Shown: positions 9,401 through 16,976, numbered from the stretch's first letter. The stretch: 20,000 bases of DNA from an uncultured virus (IMG/VR IMGVR_UViG_3300031578_000015) (IMGVR_UViG_3300031578_000015); one strand, 5' to 3'. Notes: generated by a model not told the origin, from the sequence alone. Program-made: numbers and translations.

Positions 9401-9459
9401 AGATATTTCCAGCAACTAAAAACAGAACTGTATTAATTAGTCAAGGAGCAGTAGTATGA
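6433..9459 (+). CDS. Tape measure protein
   Basis: 1008 aa, helical; N-terminal LGDMVVAITGD; tape-measure domain MAAKTPF...AFGQINSTGRLMGQDLRQMTEAG; hydrophobic segments; C-terminal AANGAIV..TPGGT...VAEA.QPEVIFPL. Confidence 0.95.
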   Translation: MANTLGDMVVAITGDTSNFNLSIDAAGKKLDLLAQITAKSAVEMSTSFKKIDNEAKLWGNSTDLIAQKQKALKDEMTNLMNQGFDPMSAKVQSLKTQYSALGDEALALEKSQVSLKNNLKEFGSLMTGLGVGLTAGVTVPIIGMAKAAIASSAQMEMLQASFTTFLGSADQAAVLMNNLIQMAAKTPFVTTDLASGAKMLLQYGIATQDVIPDLKMLGDVSSGNTEIFNRLVYAFGQINSTGRLMGQDLRQMTEAGFNPLYIISQKTGESFQSLQKRMAAGGISAGEVTKAFKIATSEGGKFYQGMERGSLTFTGLVSTLKDNIGIMGRSITDQFIPGLKEIIKSLSGMAQWLTALDPSTKSFIVIMGAFAAAAGPVALGIGLISSAIATMDVATKSLMLTTGPVILAIGAVVALVALIGTKAAESKKQLDDLSTATSKIGTSDPAILNNALVEVNKQIQAQKDLIGLAKMRKESLAAVPDLEKKLADLEQTRIGISSTLFQVLKKGENSNLTDVQTSIEKEDEWTTKRKAAEAALAHEYALIDEKQKAAYISGEAYDAQSEKRKALLELLNKMLEQGFTVQGAGYQTILQANLDVMNGEEARYEALNRMGKEYADSQIENNAKIATAEQAQGQALEVQGQTYIDNQNRIKVAEQAKWNALNKMGQDYIDNENKTINLSLDIATTTLSAMDAIKNGINSKDPLGGLIKTIETVTASMGPEGKLVSTIMQIGTSFVDIMRSLNDDIQGILGNSTKETQDFAMNIMNINEQILNAKMQNNRDQLADDLALLGVEEQTALEDAGFKTKTAEEQLQDQLATAIKNGDLATQATLKNEIAKQKIIDTYEAKKAEAQDIADAAYKKMVHDKAILDQKIAIAQTEIAKQESIAKLPWWDFLTGWSQRKQLDSLYTDLISAIQATPIPAAANGAIVNPTPGGTVIRVAEADQPEVIFPLDRLESFLSKGFNTNNMNTNENEGNINLVVTLDSKPFLDKIFPATKNRTVLISQGAVV

Positions 9460-11114
9460 GAATAGCATATGAAAATATTATTGATGATTTAAATGCCTCA
9501 ACGTTGACTGCTTTAACTACTGCAACTGGATATTCTATATTAGATGTTCAAGATCAGAGATTGACCACTCAATGGCGAAGCGGTTCTTTTGTTGTGGGGG
9601 CATCTGCACAAACTATAACTATTGACTTTGGTTCCGCTAAAAAAATAAATACTGTTGCTATTTTAGGGCATGATCTATCTTTAGGCGAATTCCAAAATAT
9701 TCAGCGTTTAGGATCAGAAATATATGTTCAAAGTTTAGCTTCGTTAGGATCAGGAATAGTAATAGCCGGTACTGCCGCTACTGGGCAAATATATAGATCA
9801 TTGGATTCCGGCTCTAGTTGGACTAATATTCAGCGTTTAGGATCAGAAACACAGATATTAAGTTTAGTATCGTTAGGATCAGGGATAGTAATAGCCGGTA
9901 CTTATCCTACTGGGCAAATATATAGATCATTGGATTCTGGTTCTAGTTGGACTAATATTCAGCGTTTAGGATCAGAAACACAGATATTAAGTTTAGTATC
10001 GTTAGGATCAGGGATAGTGATAGCTGGTACTGGAGCAACAGGTCAAATATACAGATCATTGGATTCTGGTTCTAGTTGGACTAATATTCAGCGTTTAGGA
10101 TCAGAAACATATGTATATAGTTTAGCTTCGTTAGGATCAGGAATAGTAATAGCTGGTACTGCCACTACTGGGCAAATATATAGATCATTGGATTCTGGTT
10201 CTAGTTGGGCTAATATTCAGCGTTTAGGATCAGAAACATATGTTAATAGTTTAGCATCATTAGGATCAGGAATAGTAATAGCTGGTACTGCCACTACTGG
10301 TCAAATATACAGATCATTGGATTCTGGTTCTAGTTGGACTAATATTCAGCGTTTAGGATCAGAAACATATGTTAATAGTTTAGCATCATTAGGATCAGGA
10401 ATAGTAATAGCTGGTACTGCCACTACTGGGCAAATATATAGATCATTGGATTCCGGCTCTAGTTGGACTAATATTCAGCGTTTAGGATCAGAAACACAGG
10501 TGCCGAGTTTAGTATCGCTAGGATCAGGAATAGTAATAGCTGGTACTGGAGCAACAGGTCAAATATATAAGTCGGAATTATATATCACAATTATGGGAAA
10601 TGCTGTGAATTCATGGACTGCACCATCTGTTATTGAAACATTATCATGGAATGAAGGTGCAATACTTAAATTTATAACTGATGCGCATTATCAATATTGG
10701 AGATTTTCAATAGCAAACTCTAGTAATTCTAATGGTTATGTACAAATAGGCAGATTATGGTTAGGAGATTATATTACCATTGATCCTTCATCATTATTAG
10801 ATTTTAAAGTAATAAAGAAAAGATCAGATCAGGTTATTTATGGACGCAATAGACAAAAATGGGCAAATATAGGAGTAGGATGGAGACAATTTACATTTAA
10901 TTTTCCACCTACACAAGAAGCTACATTACAACTAATTCAAAATATGTATGATACTGTAGGCAATCATAGTTCATTTATTTTCTGTAATTTCGATACCATT
11001 CGCGATTATAAATTAGTAGAGCCTTGTTATGTATCAATAAATGGGGATTTAACTTTCTCACATGATAATAGAATGAAGTTTACTTATCAATTAATTATGG
11101 AAGAGGATAAATAA
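9456..11114 (+). CDS. Distal-tail-position protein with discoidin-like domain and inserted 7-bladed Asp-box (BNR) beta-propeller
   Basis: First gene after the tape measure; ITIDFGSAKKINTVAILGH and YQYWRFSI...VQIGRLWLG flank seven 43-aa repeats containing YRSLDSGSSW. Confidence 0.75.
   Translation: MRIAYENIIDDLNASTLTALTTATGYSILDVQDQRLTTQWRSGSFVVGASAQTITIDFGSAKKINTVAILGHDLSLGEFQNIQRLGSEIYVQSLASLGSGIVIAGTAATGQIYRSLDSGSSWTNIQRLGSETQILSLVSLGSGIVIAGTYPTGQIYRSLDSGSSWTNIQRLGSETQILSLVSLGSGIVIAGTGATGQIYRSLDSGSSWTNIQRLGSETYVYSLASLGSGIVIAGTATTGQIYRSLDSGSSWANIQRLGSETYVNSLASLGSGIVIAGTATTGQIYRSLDSGSSWTNIQRLGSETYVNSLASLGSGIVIAGTATTGQIYRSLDSGSSWTNIQRLGSETQVPSLVSLGSGIVIAGTGATGQIYKSELYITIMGNAVNSWTAPSVIETLSWNEGAILKFITDAHYQYWRFSIANSSNSNGYVQIGRLWLGDYITIDPSSLLDFKVIKKRSDQVIYGRNRQKWANIGVGWRQFTFNFPPTQEATLQLIQNMYDTVGNHSSFIFCNFDTIRDYKLVEPCYVSINGDLTFSHDNRMKFTYQLIMEEDK
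9696..10574 (+). repeat. Coding tandem repeat, 129-bp unit, 6 full copies plus 1 partial
   Basis: Units start at 9696, 9825, 9954, 10083, 10212, 10341 and 10470; the first 25 nt (AATATTCAGCGTTTAGGATCAGAAA) are identical in all seven. Confidence 0.97.
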
Positions 11115-13225
11115 TGTCTTTTTCGACTGATATTACAAAATCAGTTTCTGATTTTAGAATATTGATTCATGTCGATAGCAAGGATGGAAATTATGCCGGA
11201 AGATTTTCATTTGATTCTTTTACTCCAATAGGTAGTGTAGTTCCTTACGATGGAAGAGTTCGTCAGGCACCCAGTATTTCAATTAATAGAGACTCTAATC
11301 AATTTGGAATATTAGTGTATTCCTCATCTGGTTTTACATTAAATAATGCTGATGGTTTATTTGATACATTGATTGAAAACTATAATGTGATTGGTGCTAC
11401 TTTTAGATTATATATAGGTTATGTTGATTTGAATATTTCAGAATATGTAAATATATATACTGGGTATATTGAAAGCATAAATATTGATGAAAATGAAGCA
11501 TCATTTTCCGTAGCAGATTTAAGGAAAAGATTACAAACAGGAAATAGTACTGATATTAGTTTTGTTAATTCAGTACAGGGAATTGAAAATATATTATTGG
11601 GTAACTATGCAATAACGGCAGGAAGCACTTATTTTGATGTTAGTGCAATGACTGCGGCGAAATCATTAGCTTATGATGTTATTAGGGAAGCGCCAGTTAA
11701 TGATACTGTAGAAGCCGCGATAAGTGATTGCGTTATAAGTACAATGGGATTCTTTTTTATAACTGGGGATGGAAGATATAGTTATAAGATGGTTGATATT
11801 GCAGCAACATCAGTAGGTACAATTAGTCATTATGATATTATAAATCCAATATCTATTAATTATGATAGTTCTGGAATTATTGCTAGTAGTAGTGTTAAAG
11901 CCCCAAATTACCCCCCACAATTTTTAGCAACACACTCTAGTATTTTTGTAGTAGCCACCGCATTTACAACTGTTTTTGAATGTACGTTACCCAATAATGG
12001 GGCTTTAATCGGGGTTTCTTTGCCCACTACATCAACATTAAATGTTTATTCTAGTTATGATCATTGTAAAAGTATGGCAAATATAAGTAACCTATCTTTA
12101 TCAAATCAAAATTTTACTTCTTTACAAAGACTAACAAATGATTATATTTTATTGGGTACATATTCATCAACTGATGTTGGAATTTTATATAGAAGCACTG
12201 ATTATGGTTCCACGTGGAGTAGTATAGTAACATCAAATAGTATAATGAGAATAACAAAAGATATAAATGGTATTTGTTATTTTTCCAATTCTATATCTAG
12301 TTCAGTTAAAAGTATATATAAAAGTGTTGATTATGGTAGTTCCTTTTCTTTAGTATATAATACATTACCAAATGAATCTATAGATCAAATTGAAATTGGT
12401 AATACGGCTAGTACCGTAATTATGACTAAGAGTCCATCTATAACAAGTACTTCAGTTTCAATATATAGATCCGTTGACTTTGCTTCTTCATTTACTCAAA
12501 TAATGACAATATCTGAAACATCAATAACATTAAATACTTCAATATTATATCTAAATGGAATTTTTTATATTTCTGTTATTTTTGATAATTCAATTGCATT
12601 ATATCAATCATTAGATGATGGTATTACATGGACAACTTTCTATACGTTTTATGATGCAAAAAATTTAAGAAGCGGAATTTATAAATTACGTTATGATAAT
12701 AATATGGATTTATTTGGTATAAATGTTGATGGTTTATTATATAAATCTGAAAAATCATTTGATAACAAAAATATAATTTCAACAATTTCTCCTATATCTT
12801 ATGATTCAACTATTAGATTTTATTTAAATTTTGATGATGGCACAACAGTTTATAATAAAAAAGATGTTGGAGTTGTTATAACAAAAATCGATCCAACAAA
12901 ACTATATTATATTAATAATACATATAAAGCCTCTACGTATTCACAATATGGAATAGACACATTACAACATTTTAATACAGTATTAACTAACTATTCAGAT
13001 GCACAAACATTAGGAACTGATTTAATTGAATACTATAAAGATTTACATGGGACTTTTTCTATTCAAGTTCCTGTAAAATACTATACTGTAAATATAGGAG
13101 ATAATGTCGATGTTGAAATATGGAGGGAAAGGCAACAATTCTTAGGAACTAAAAAATGCGAGGTAATGGGAAAAAGTTATAACTTAGAAAATGGATTTAT
13201 AAACTTTGATTTGAGAATAATTTAA
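11114..13225 (+). CDS. Tail tip/hub (Tal-position) protein with inserted divergent Asp-box propeller
   Basis: Hub-like N-terminus (FTLNNADGLFD...IYTGYIESI) and C-terminus (VNIGDNVDV); central Asp-boxes YRSTDYGSTW, YKSVDYGSSF, YRSVDFASSF, YQSLDDGITW. Confidence 0.7.
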   Translation: MSFSTDITKSVSDFRILIHVDSKDGNYAGRFSFDSFTPIGSVVPYDGRVRQAPSISINRDSNQFGILVYSSSGFTLNNADGLFDTLIENYNVIGATFRLYIGYVDLNISEYVNIYTGYIESINIDENEASFSVADLRKRLQTGNSTDISFVNSVQGIENILLGNYAITAGSTYFDVSAMTAAKSLAYDVIREAPVNDTVEAAISDCVISTMGFFFITGDGRYSYKMVDIAATSVGTISHYDIINPISINYDSSGIIASSSVKAPNYPPQFLATHSSIFVVATAFTTVFECTLPNNGALIGVSLPTTSTLNVYSSYDHCKSMANISNLSLSNQNFTSLQRLTNDYILLGTYSSTDVGILYRSTDYGSTWSSIVTSNSIMRITKDINGICYFSNSISSSVKSIYKSVDYGSSFSLVYNTLPNESIDQIEIGNTASTVIMTKSPSITSTSVSIYRSVDFASSFTQIMTISETSITLNTSILYLNGIFYISVIFDNSIALYQSLDDGITWTTFYTFYDAKNLRSGIYKLRYDNNMDLFGINVDGLLYKSEKSFDNKNIISTISPISYDSTIRFYLNFDDGTTVYNKKDVGVVITKIDPTKLYYINNTYKASTYSQYGIDTLQHFNTVLTNYSDAQTLGTDLIEYYKDLHGTFSIQVPVKYYTVNIGDNVDVEIWRERQQFLGTKKCEVMGKSYNLENGFINFDLRII

Positions 13226-13235
13226 GGAGAATGCT

Positions 13236-13385
13236 ATGGACGATGTGTGGATTGTCATTAGAGATGCAGCATTAGTCATTATATCAGGGGCTATTATTAC
13301 AGGTATTTATAAAATCATAAAGTGGATGTCTTCACTTAGTTTTATATTGAAAAATATGGAGGAAGGTGGGAAAGAAAGAAAATAA
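13236..13385 (+). CDS. Small single-TM membrane protein, 49 aa (not in ORF track): MDDVWIVIRDAALVIISGAIITGIYKIIKWMSSLSFILKNMEEGGKERK
   Basis: Manually translated; AAGGAG RBS at 13224-13229; one hydrophobic helix and a charged tail; start of the lysis region. Confidence 0.65.
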   Translation: MDDVWIVIRDAALVIISGAIITGIYKIIKWMSSLSFILKNMEEGGKERK

Positions 13386-13462
13386 TACTATATTTATTAG
13401 TGTTAATAATAGAAAAATAATAGAAAAATAATTAATTATAAACTTCTTTACAAGGGGAAAAC

Positions 13463-13843
13463 ATGGATGTGGAATGGAGAATTGATGAATTGGAGAAACA
13501 AGGACAAGATCAAGCCTTATTATTAAATGATTTACAAAGTACAGTAATGGGACCACCTCCGAATAGGAACAATGGATTAAGGGGTGAATTGAAATCACTT
13601 AATGAAAAGGTAGATGAAAGTATAAAATTATCTGATGTTAGATGGAATGTAAAAAGGAAGGAAGAATGCTATGGGATGTTAGCTGTCAAAGAATTGGAGG
13701 ATAAAATAATGACTAAATTAAAGGAGAATAATGAATTGAATCTAGCTAAACTCAATTTGAAAGGTGTTTATTTAATGGGAACATTACAATTTATTGGTAT
13801 GATTGTAGTAGCTCTTATTGCTGCCGGGGTATTTAAAAAATGA
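13463..13843 (+). CDS. Coiled-coil protein with C-terminal TM anchor (XhlA/holin-accessory-like)
   Basis: AAGGGG RBS; heptad-rich N-terminus; C-terminal GVYLMGTLQFIGMIVVALIAAGVFKK helix; lysis-region context. Confidence 0.55.
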   Translation: MDVEWRIDELEKQGQDQALLLNDLQSTVMGPPPNRNNGLRGELKSLNEKVDESIKLSDVRWNVKRKEECYGMLAVKELEDKIMTKLKENNELNLAKLNLKGVYLMGTLQFIGMIVVALIAAGVFKK

Positions 13844-14430
13844 ATGATTTATTTATAAAGATTATTAGAAAGAAACTATCTTATCAGTATAAGAAAAATA
13901 TGAATGCTCCTGATTCTTGGGAAAATAATGGAGTAAATACCTCATTAGATGATTTTCATTTTTATGTAGATGAGGCCATATTATTTTCAACTAAATTACA
14001 AACAGTTGCTAATATTCCTAATGGCAGATTTTTAGACACTATCGCTCCTGGTCCATTTCAACTTAAATGCTTTGTTGAAAATAGAAGTTTTCATGGTCGT
14101 ATCCATGGTATAATTAATACGTTTGATATGGATGGGCAAAGAATAAATGAAAATAGCATTGAAACAGTTATAGGGAAAAATGGTGCTCCTATTTCTTTAA
14201 CAAGATGGATTATGCATGATGATCAAAAATTATTACCAAATCCTCCTAATGAAATAACTCGTGTTGCCTGGAGCGCTGGATGTTATGTACATCATATAAC
14301 AAACTTAGAAGCATTCAATAATATATTAGATGCTTATAAAATAATGCCAGGAGACATTATAAATGGTGAATTAATAGAAGAAGATAATCCTATTTGGTCA
14401 GATGTTGGAGCACACATAAACAATAATTAA
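13840..14430 (+). CDS. Putative endolysin with L,D-transpeptidase (YkuD)-like catalytic motif
   Basis: DTIAPGPF, then WIMH-x18-SAGC resembling the H...S/TxGC dyad of YkuD/Tlde1/DUF5675-type proteins; located in the lysis region. Confidence 0.55.
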   Translation: MNDLFIKIIRKKLSYQYKKNMNAPDSWENNGVNTSLDDFHFYVDEAILFSTKLQTVANIPNGRFLDTIAPGPFQLKCFVENRSFHGRIHGIINTFDMDGQRINENSIETVIGKNGAPISLTRWIMHDDQKLLPNPPNEITRVAWSAGCYVHHITNLEAFNNILDAYKIMPGDIINGELIEEDNPIWSDVGAHINNN

Positions 14431-14438
14431 GGAATAGA

Positions 14439-15014
14439 ATGATGTTAAAAGAATTATTTGTTAATTGCATTAATGAACCTTGGCAAACAATTGGCTTAGA
14501 TACTCAATATAAAATATTGAATAATACTTTATATTTACAACCATCAAGTTCATTGTCTGATTGGATCAATAATTTTGATTTTCCTGCTAAGGCATACAAT
14601 GGTTCAAATATTAAATGGTATGTTCATAGAGGATTTTTAAGGGTGTATAAAGCTGCTAGAGAGCAATTGTTAAAAGTTATAATTGATAACAAAATAAATA
14701 CAATAGTTGGCTATTCTCATGGCGCGGCTATTGCTACATTATTGCATGAAGATTGTATTTTTAATGGATTGAATGTTTTTACTTATGTGTTTGGTAGTCC
14801 TAGAATAGTATGGATGCCTGGCAAGAAAATATTGAATAGATGGGACAATTTTTTTAGAATCAATAATAATGGAGATTTGGTTAGCCATTTACCACCATTT
14901 TTATTTGGATTTAAGCATGTAGGAACAAAAATAAATATAGGAAGTAAGGTATTTATACCAAAAATCAAATATCATGAACAATCAAAATATATAGATAATC
15001 TACAAGGGTTATGA
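14439..15014 (+). CDS. Class 3 lipase (alpha/beta hydrolase)
   Basis: DWINNF, VHRGF, nucleophile elbow GYSHG, FGSPR, NNGDLVSHLPP, HVG and a C-terminal His; no signal peptide. Confidence 0.9.
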   Translation: MMLKELFVNCINEPWQTIGLDTQYKILNNTLYLQPSSSLSDWINNFDFPAKAYNGSNIKWYVHRGFLRVYKAAREQLLKVIIDNKINTIVGYSHGAAIATLLHEDCIFNGLNVFTYVFGSPRIVWMPGKKILNRWDNFFRINNNGDLVSHLPPFLFGFKHVGTKINIGSKVFIPKIKYHEQSKYIDNLQGL

Positions 15015-15142
15015 TATATAGTAAAAATCTAATATTGTATAGGAACGGTTTGTTTTGATTAGATGTAGGATTATAGGGTTTTTCTAAGAGAATGCGTCTA
15101 TGAGGCTGTTTTTAAGCCTAGAACAAGAATAAGGAGCAAGGT

Positions 15143-15562
15143 ATGGCAGGTTTTAACATTGATTTATCAGGTTTAGGACAATTGGCAACTGGAATTGGAT
15201 CGGCAGCTAAAGACATACGCACTGCAATTACAGGAAAGGCTATTTTAGATCCTACGGCACAAGCGGAATTAGAGGAAAAATTAGCAGCTATTGATGCCTC
15301 AGTTATGAATGCTCAAGCGGCAATTAATCAAGCGGAAGCTGTCTCACCTAATCTATTTATTGCCGGATGGAGGCCCGCTATTGGATGGGTTTGTGTAATT
15401 GCATTAATATATAATTTTTTAGCCGAACCTTTAATGAAAACATTTGGTCTTAATGCTCCAACAATACAAATGCAAGATTTAATCGGTTTACTTGTCGGTA
15501 TGTTAGGATTAGCTGGAGCTAGGACAGTGGAAAAAATAAATAATGCTGAAAGTAATAGATAA
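15143..15562 (+). CDS. Holin, GTA_holin_3TM-like
   Basis: INQAEA.S..LFIAGWRPAIGWVC and LLVGMLGL.G.RT.EK signature; AAGGAG RBS; last gene of the late operon. Confidence 0.88.
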   Translation: MAGFNIDLSGLGQLATGIGSAAKDIRTAITGKAILDPTAQAELEEKLAAIDASVMNAQAAINQAEAVSPNLFIAGWRPAIGWVCVIALIYNFLAEPLMKTFGLNAPTIQMQDLIGLLVGMLGLAGARTVEKINNAESNR

Positions 15563-15573
15563 GTAATTAGTTT

Positions 15574-15647
15574 GCCCGCTGCATATGTATGCCATGGTTC
15601 AAAGCCACATAGGTGCAAGAAGGATCATTCCCTTCAAGCGGGTGCAA
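15574..15647 (+). ncRNA. Degenerate tRNA-like structured element at the convergence of the two arms
   Basis: 7-bp closing stem GCCCGCT/AGCGGGT plus GCAA end; GAAGG-ATCATTC-CCTTC T-arm-like hairpin; TGG-TTCAAAG-CCA anticodon-like loop; D-arm too short and T-loop non-canonical. Confidence 0.3.
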
Positions 15648-15666
15648 GGTAAATATACTAATTGTT

Positions 15667-16071
15667 TTAGAACTTTATATTTAAGCCATAGAATAACAGA
15701 ATAACAAAACCTACAACTAAATAAAAAGATAAAATAGCAAATAAAGCTTCTTTATTTATTTGTTTGTTTTTGGGATTCCCCGATTTTATCATCACCCGAT
15801 CATTAGTGTTGGCTGTTTTGTTGGTGTCAACACGATGGTCGTCGGGCGAGTTGTTAAGGATTCCTTGACTACTGCCCATGATGGCGGCGCGGAGACTGTC
15901 TGCCCTAAGCAAATTAAAATCAGGCACATTATTGCATCCCCACTCATGCGCTCGCTCTGCTGCCTTATCAAGCCGGACAGAGACATAGCGATTGACGCTA
16001 TCTATATTTGCTTCGCTAGCACCTACTCCCATAGTGTGGAGTAATGCCCTCGCGGTCTTCGGTCCACTCAT
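15667..16071 (-). CDS. Hypothetical protein with C-terminal TM helix; GC-rich 5' part
   Basis: AAGGAG RBS; 4-bp overlap with the upstream gene; C-terminal ALFAILSFYLVVGFVILLFYGL. Confidence 0.6.
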   Translation of the reverse strand: MSGPKTARALLHTMGVGASEANIDSVNRYVSVRLDKAAERAHEWGCNNVPDFNLLRADSLRAAIMGSSQGILNNSPDDHRVDTNKTANTNDRVMIKSGNPKNKQINKEALFAILSFYLVVGFVILLFYGLNIKF

Positions 16072-16397
16072 ACTACTTGCTCCTTTATTCTAACAAATAT
16101 AACATTATCAAAATCATTATTGACTTCTCTAGCACAATCTTTGCAAAAATATAGATTATGATTAGATTTATAAATAGGTTTATTTACACATTGTATTACT
16201 TTGTCATTTATTTTATGCCATCTGTCACAAATAGCAGGACATTTCCGCAATGGATTTGAAATGTTTATTTTAGTATTTTGTACTAATTCTCCATGTATAA
16301 ACTTATTCCATTCTTCATCAGTGAATATATGATCTTGATAGTAGTGTTTGGTTTTTGTTTTATTCTGATAATGTATATATGGATTTAATTTTTTCAT
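16068..16397 (-). CDS. Hypothetical protein, possible Zn-binding
   Basis: Overlapping start/stop with both neighbours; Cys cluster CPAIC...C...FCKDC. Confidence 0.6.
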   Translation of the reverse strand: MKKLNPYIHYQNKTKTKHYYQDHIFTDEEWNKFIHGELVQNTKINISNPLRKCPAICDRWHKINDKVIQCVNKPIYKSNHNLYFCKDCAREVNNDFDNVIFVRIKEQVV

Positions 16398-16882
16398 TTT
16401 ATTTCTCCAGCTAATTTCACATTATCTACATAATATTTATCAATTCCATATTCAATAGTTCCCATTATTCCTCGGCGGTATGATGATATTGTCCAATCCC
16501 AATTATGAAAAACTTTATAATTATTAGCTAATATTCTAGCAACAATAATAATTGATTCTATAGAATGAGGATCAAAATGTTTGCCTTTGTTGAAACGCCA
16601 TGTATATTCTCCAATCCATCTACTATTCAATCCAGGACCAAGATCAAACGTACCATTAGTATTTTTTACTTTAGTAGATAAATCATTGTTACATTCCCAA
16701 TTGACTATGCCTCTAAGATAATTAATAGGAACATTTGTTTCAGCTGATGCTTTTATAATTGCCCAATCTAAAGGATCAAGAGTGTGTATTACAACTAATG
16801 GTAATTTAATTGATGGAAATTCCTTTCCACCTGATATGAAAAGAAAAAATACCAATGCTAAGAAAAAAAGTTTAAAGTACAT
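16394..16882 (-). CDS. Membrane-anchored lytic transglycosylase (SLT)-like protein, divergent motifs
   Basis: N-terminal hydrophobic helix; ASAETNVP...GIVNWEC (catalytic Glu, ES->EC), NTNGTFDLG, FDP, W.WTISSYRRG (AYNAG-like). ATG at 16882 preferred to the TTG at 16891. Confidence 0.7.
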   Translation of the reverse strand: MYFKLFFLALVFFLFISGGKEFPSIKLPLVVIHTLDPLDWAIIKASAETNVPINYLRGIVNWECNNDLSTKVKNTNGTFDLGPGLNSRWIGEYTWRFNKGKHFDPHSIESIIIVARILANNYKVFHNWDWTISSYRRGIMGTIEYGIDKYYVDNVKLAGEIK

Positions 16883-16976
16883 AAGCCACAAATAATATTG
16901 CTGGAATAAATCCTAGTACAAATCCTAAAATAAAGCCCTTATAAAAATGTTTCTTTTCATTAGGTGTCCGATTCAT
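16872..16976 (-). CDS. Small membrane peptide, 34 aa (not in ORF track): MNRTPNEKKHFYKGFILGFVLGFIPAILFVAYVL
   Basis: Manually translated; GAGGAG RBS; fills the gap between deaminase and SLT genes and overlaps the SLT start. Confidence 0.65.
   Translation of the reverse strand: MNRTPNEKKHFYKGFILGFVLGFIPAILFVAYVL

Noticed and set aside
9696..10574. CRISPR array
   Set aside because: Units are in-frame 129-bp coding repeats similar along their whole length, with no unique spacers and no cas genes.
9696..10574. Diversity-generating retroelement target
   Set aside because: No reverse transcriptase or non-coding template repeat in the window, and the variation looks like shared blocks shuffled among units rather than independent adenine-specific changes. 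A distant DGR cannot be fully excluded.
15574..15647. Functional canonical tRNA-Leu(CAA)
   Set aside because: D-arm too short, only 3 bp in the anticodon stem, T-loop lacks the TTC consensus, no CCA; kept only as a tRNA-like element.
15125..16092. Similar leaders AGAATAAGGAGCAAG (holin, +) and AGAATAAAGGAGCAAG (15667..16071 gene, -) as a possible inversion site
   Set aside because: Short, imperfect and largely explained by the shared Shine-Dalgarno sequence; no invertase in view.
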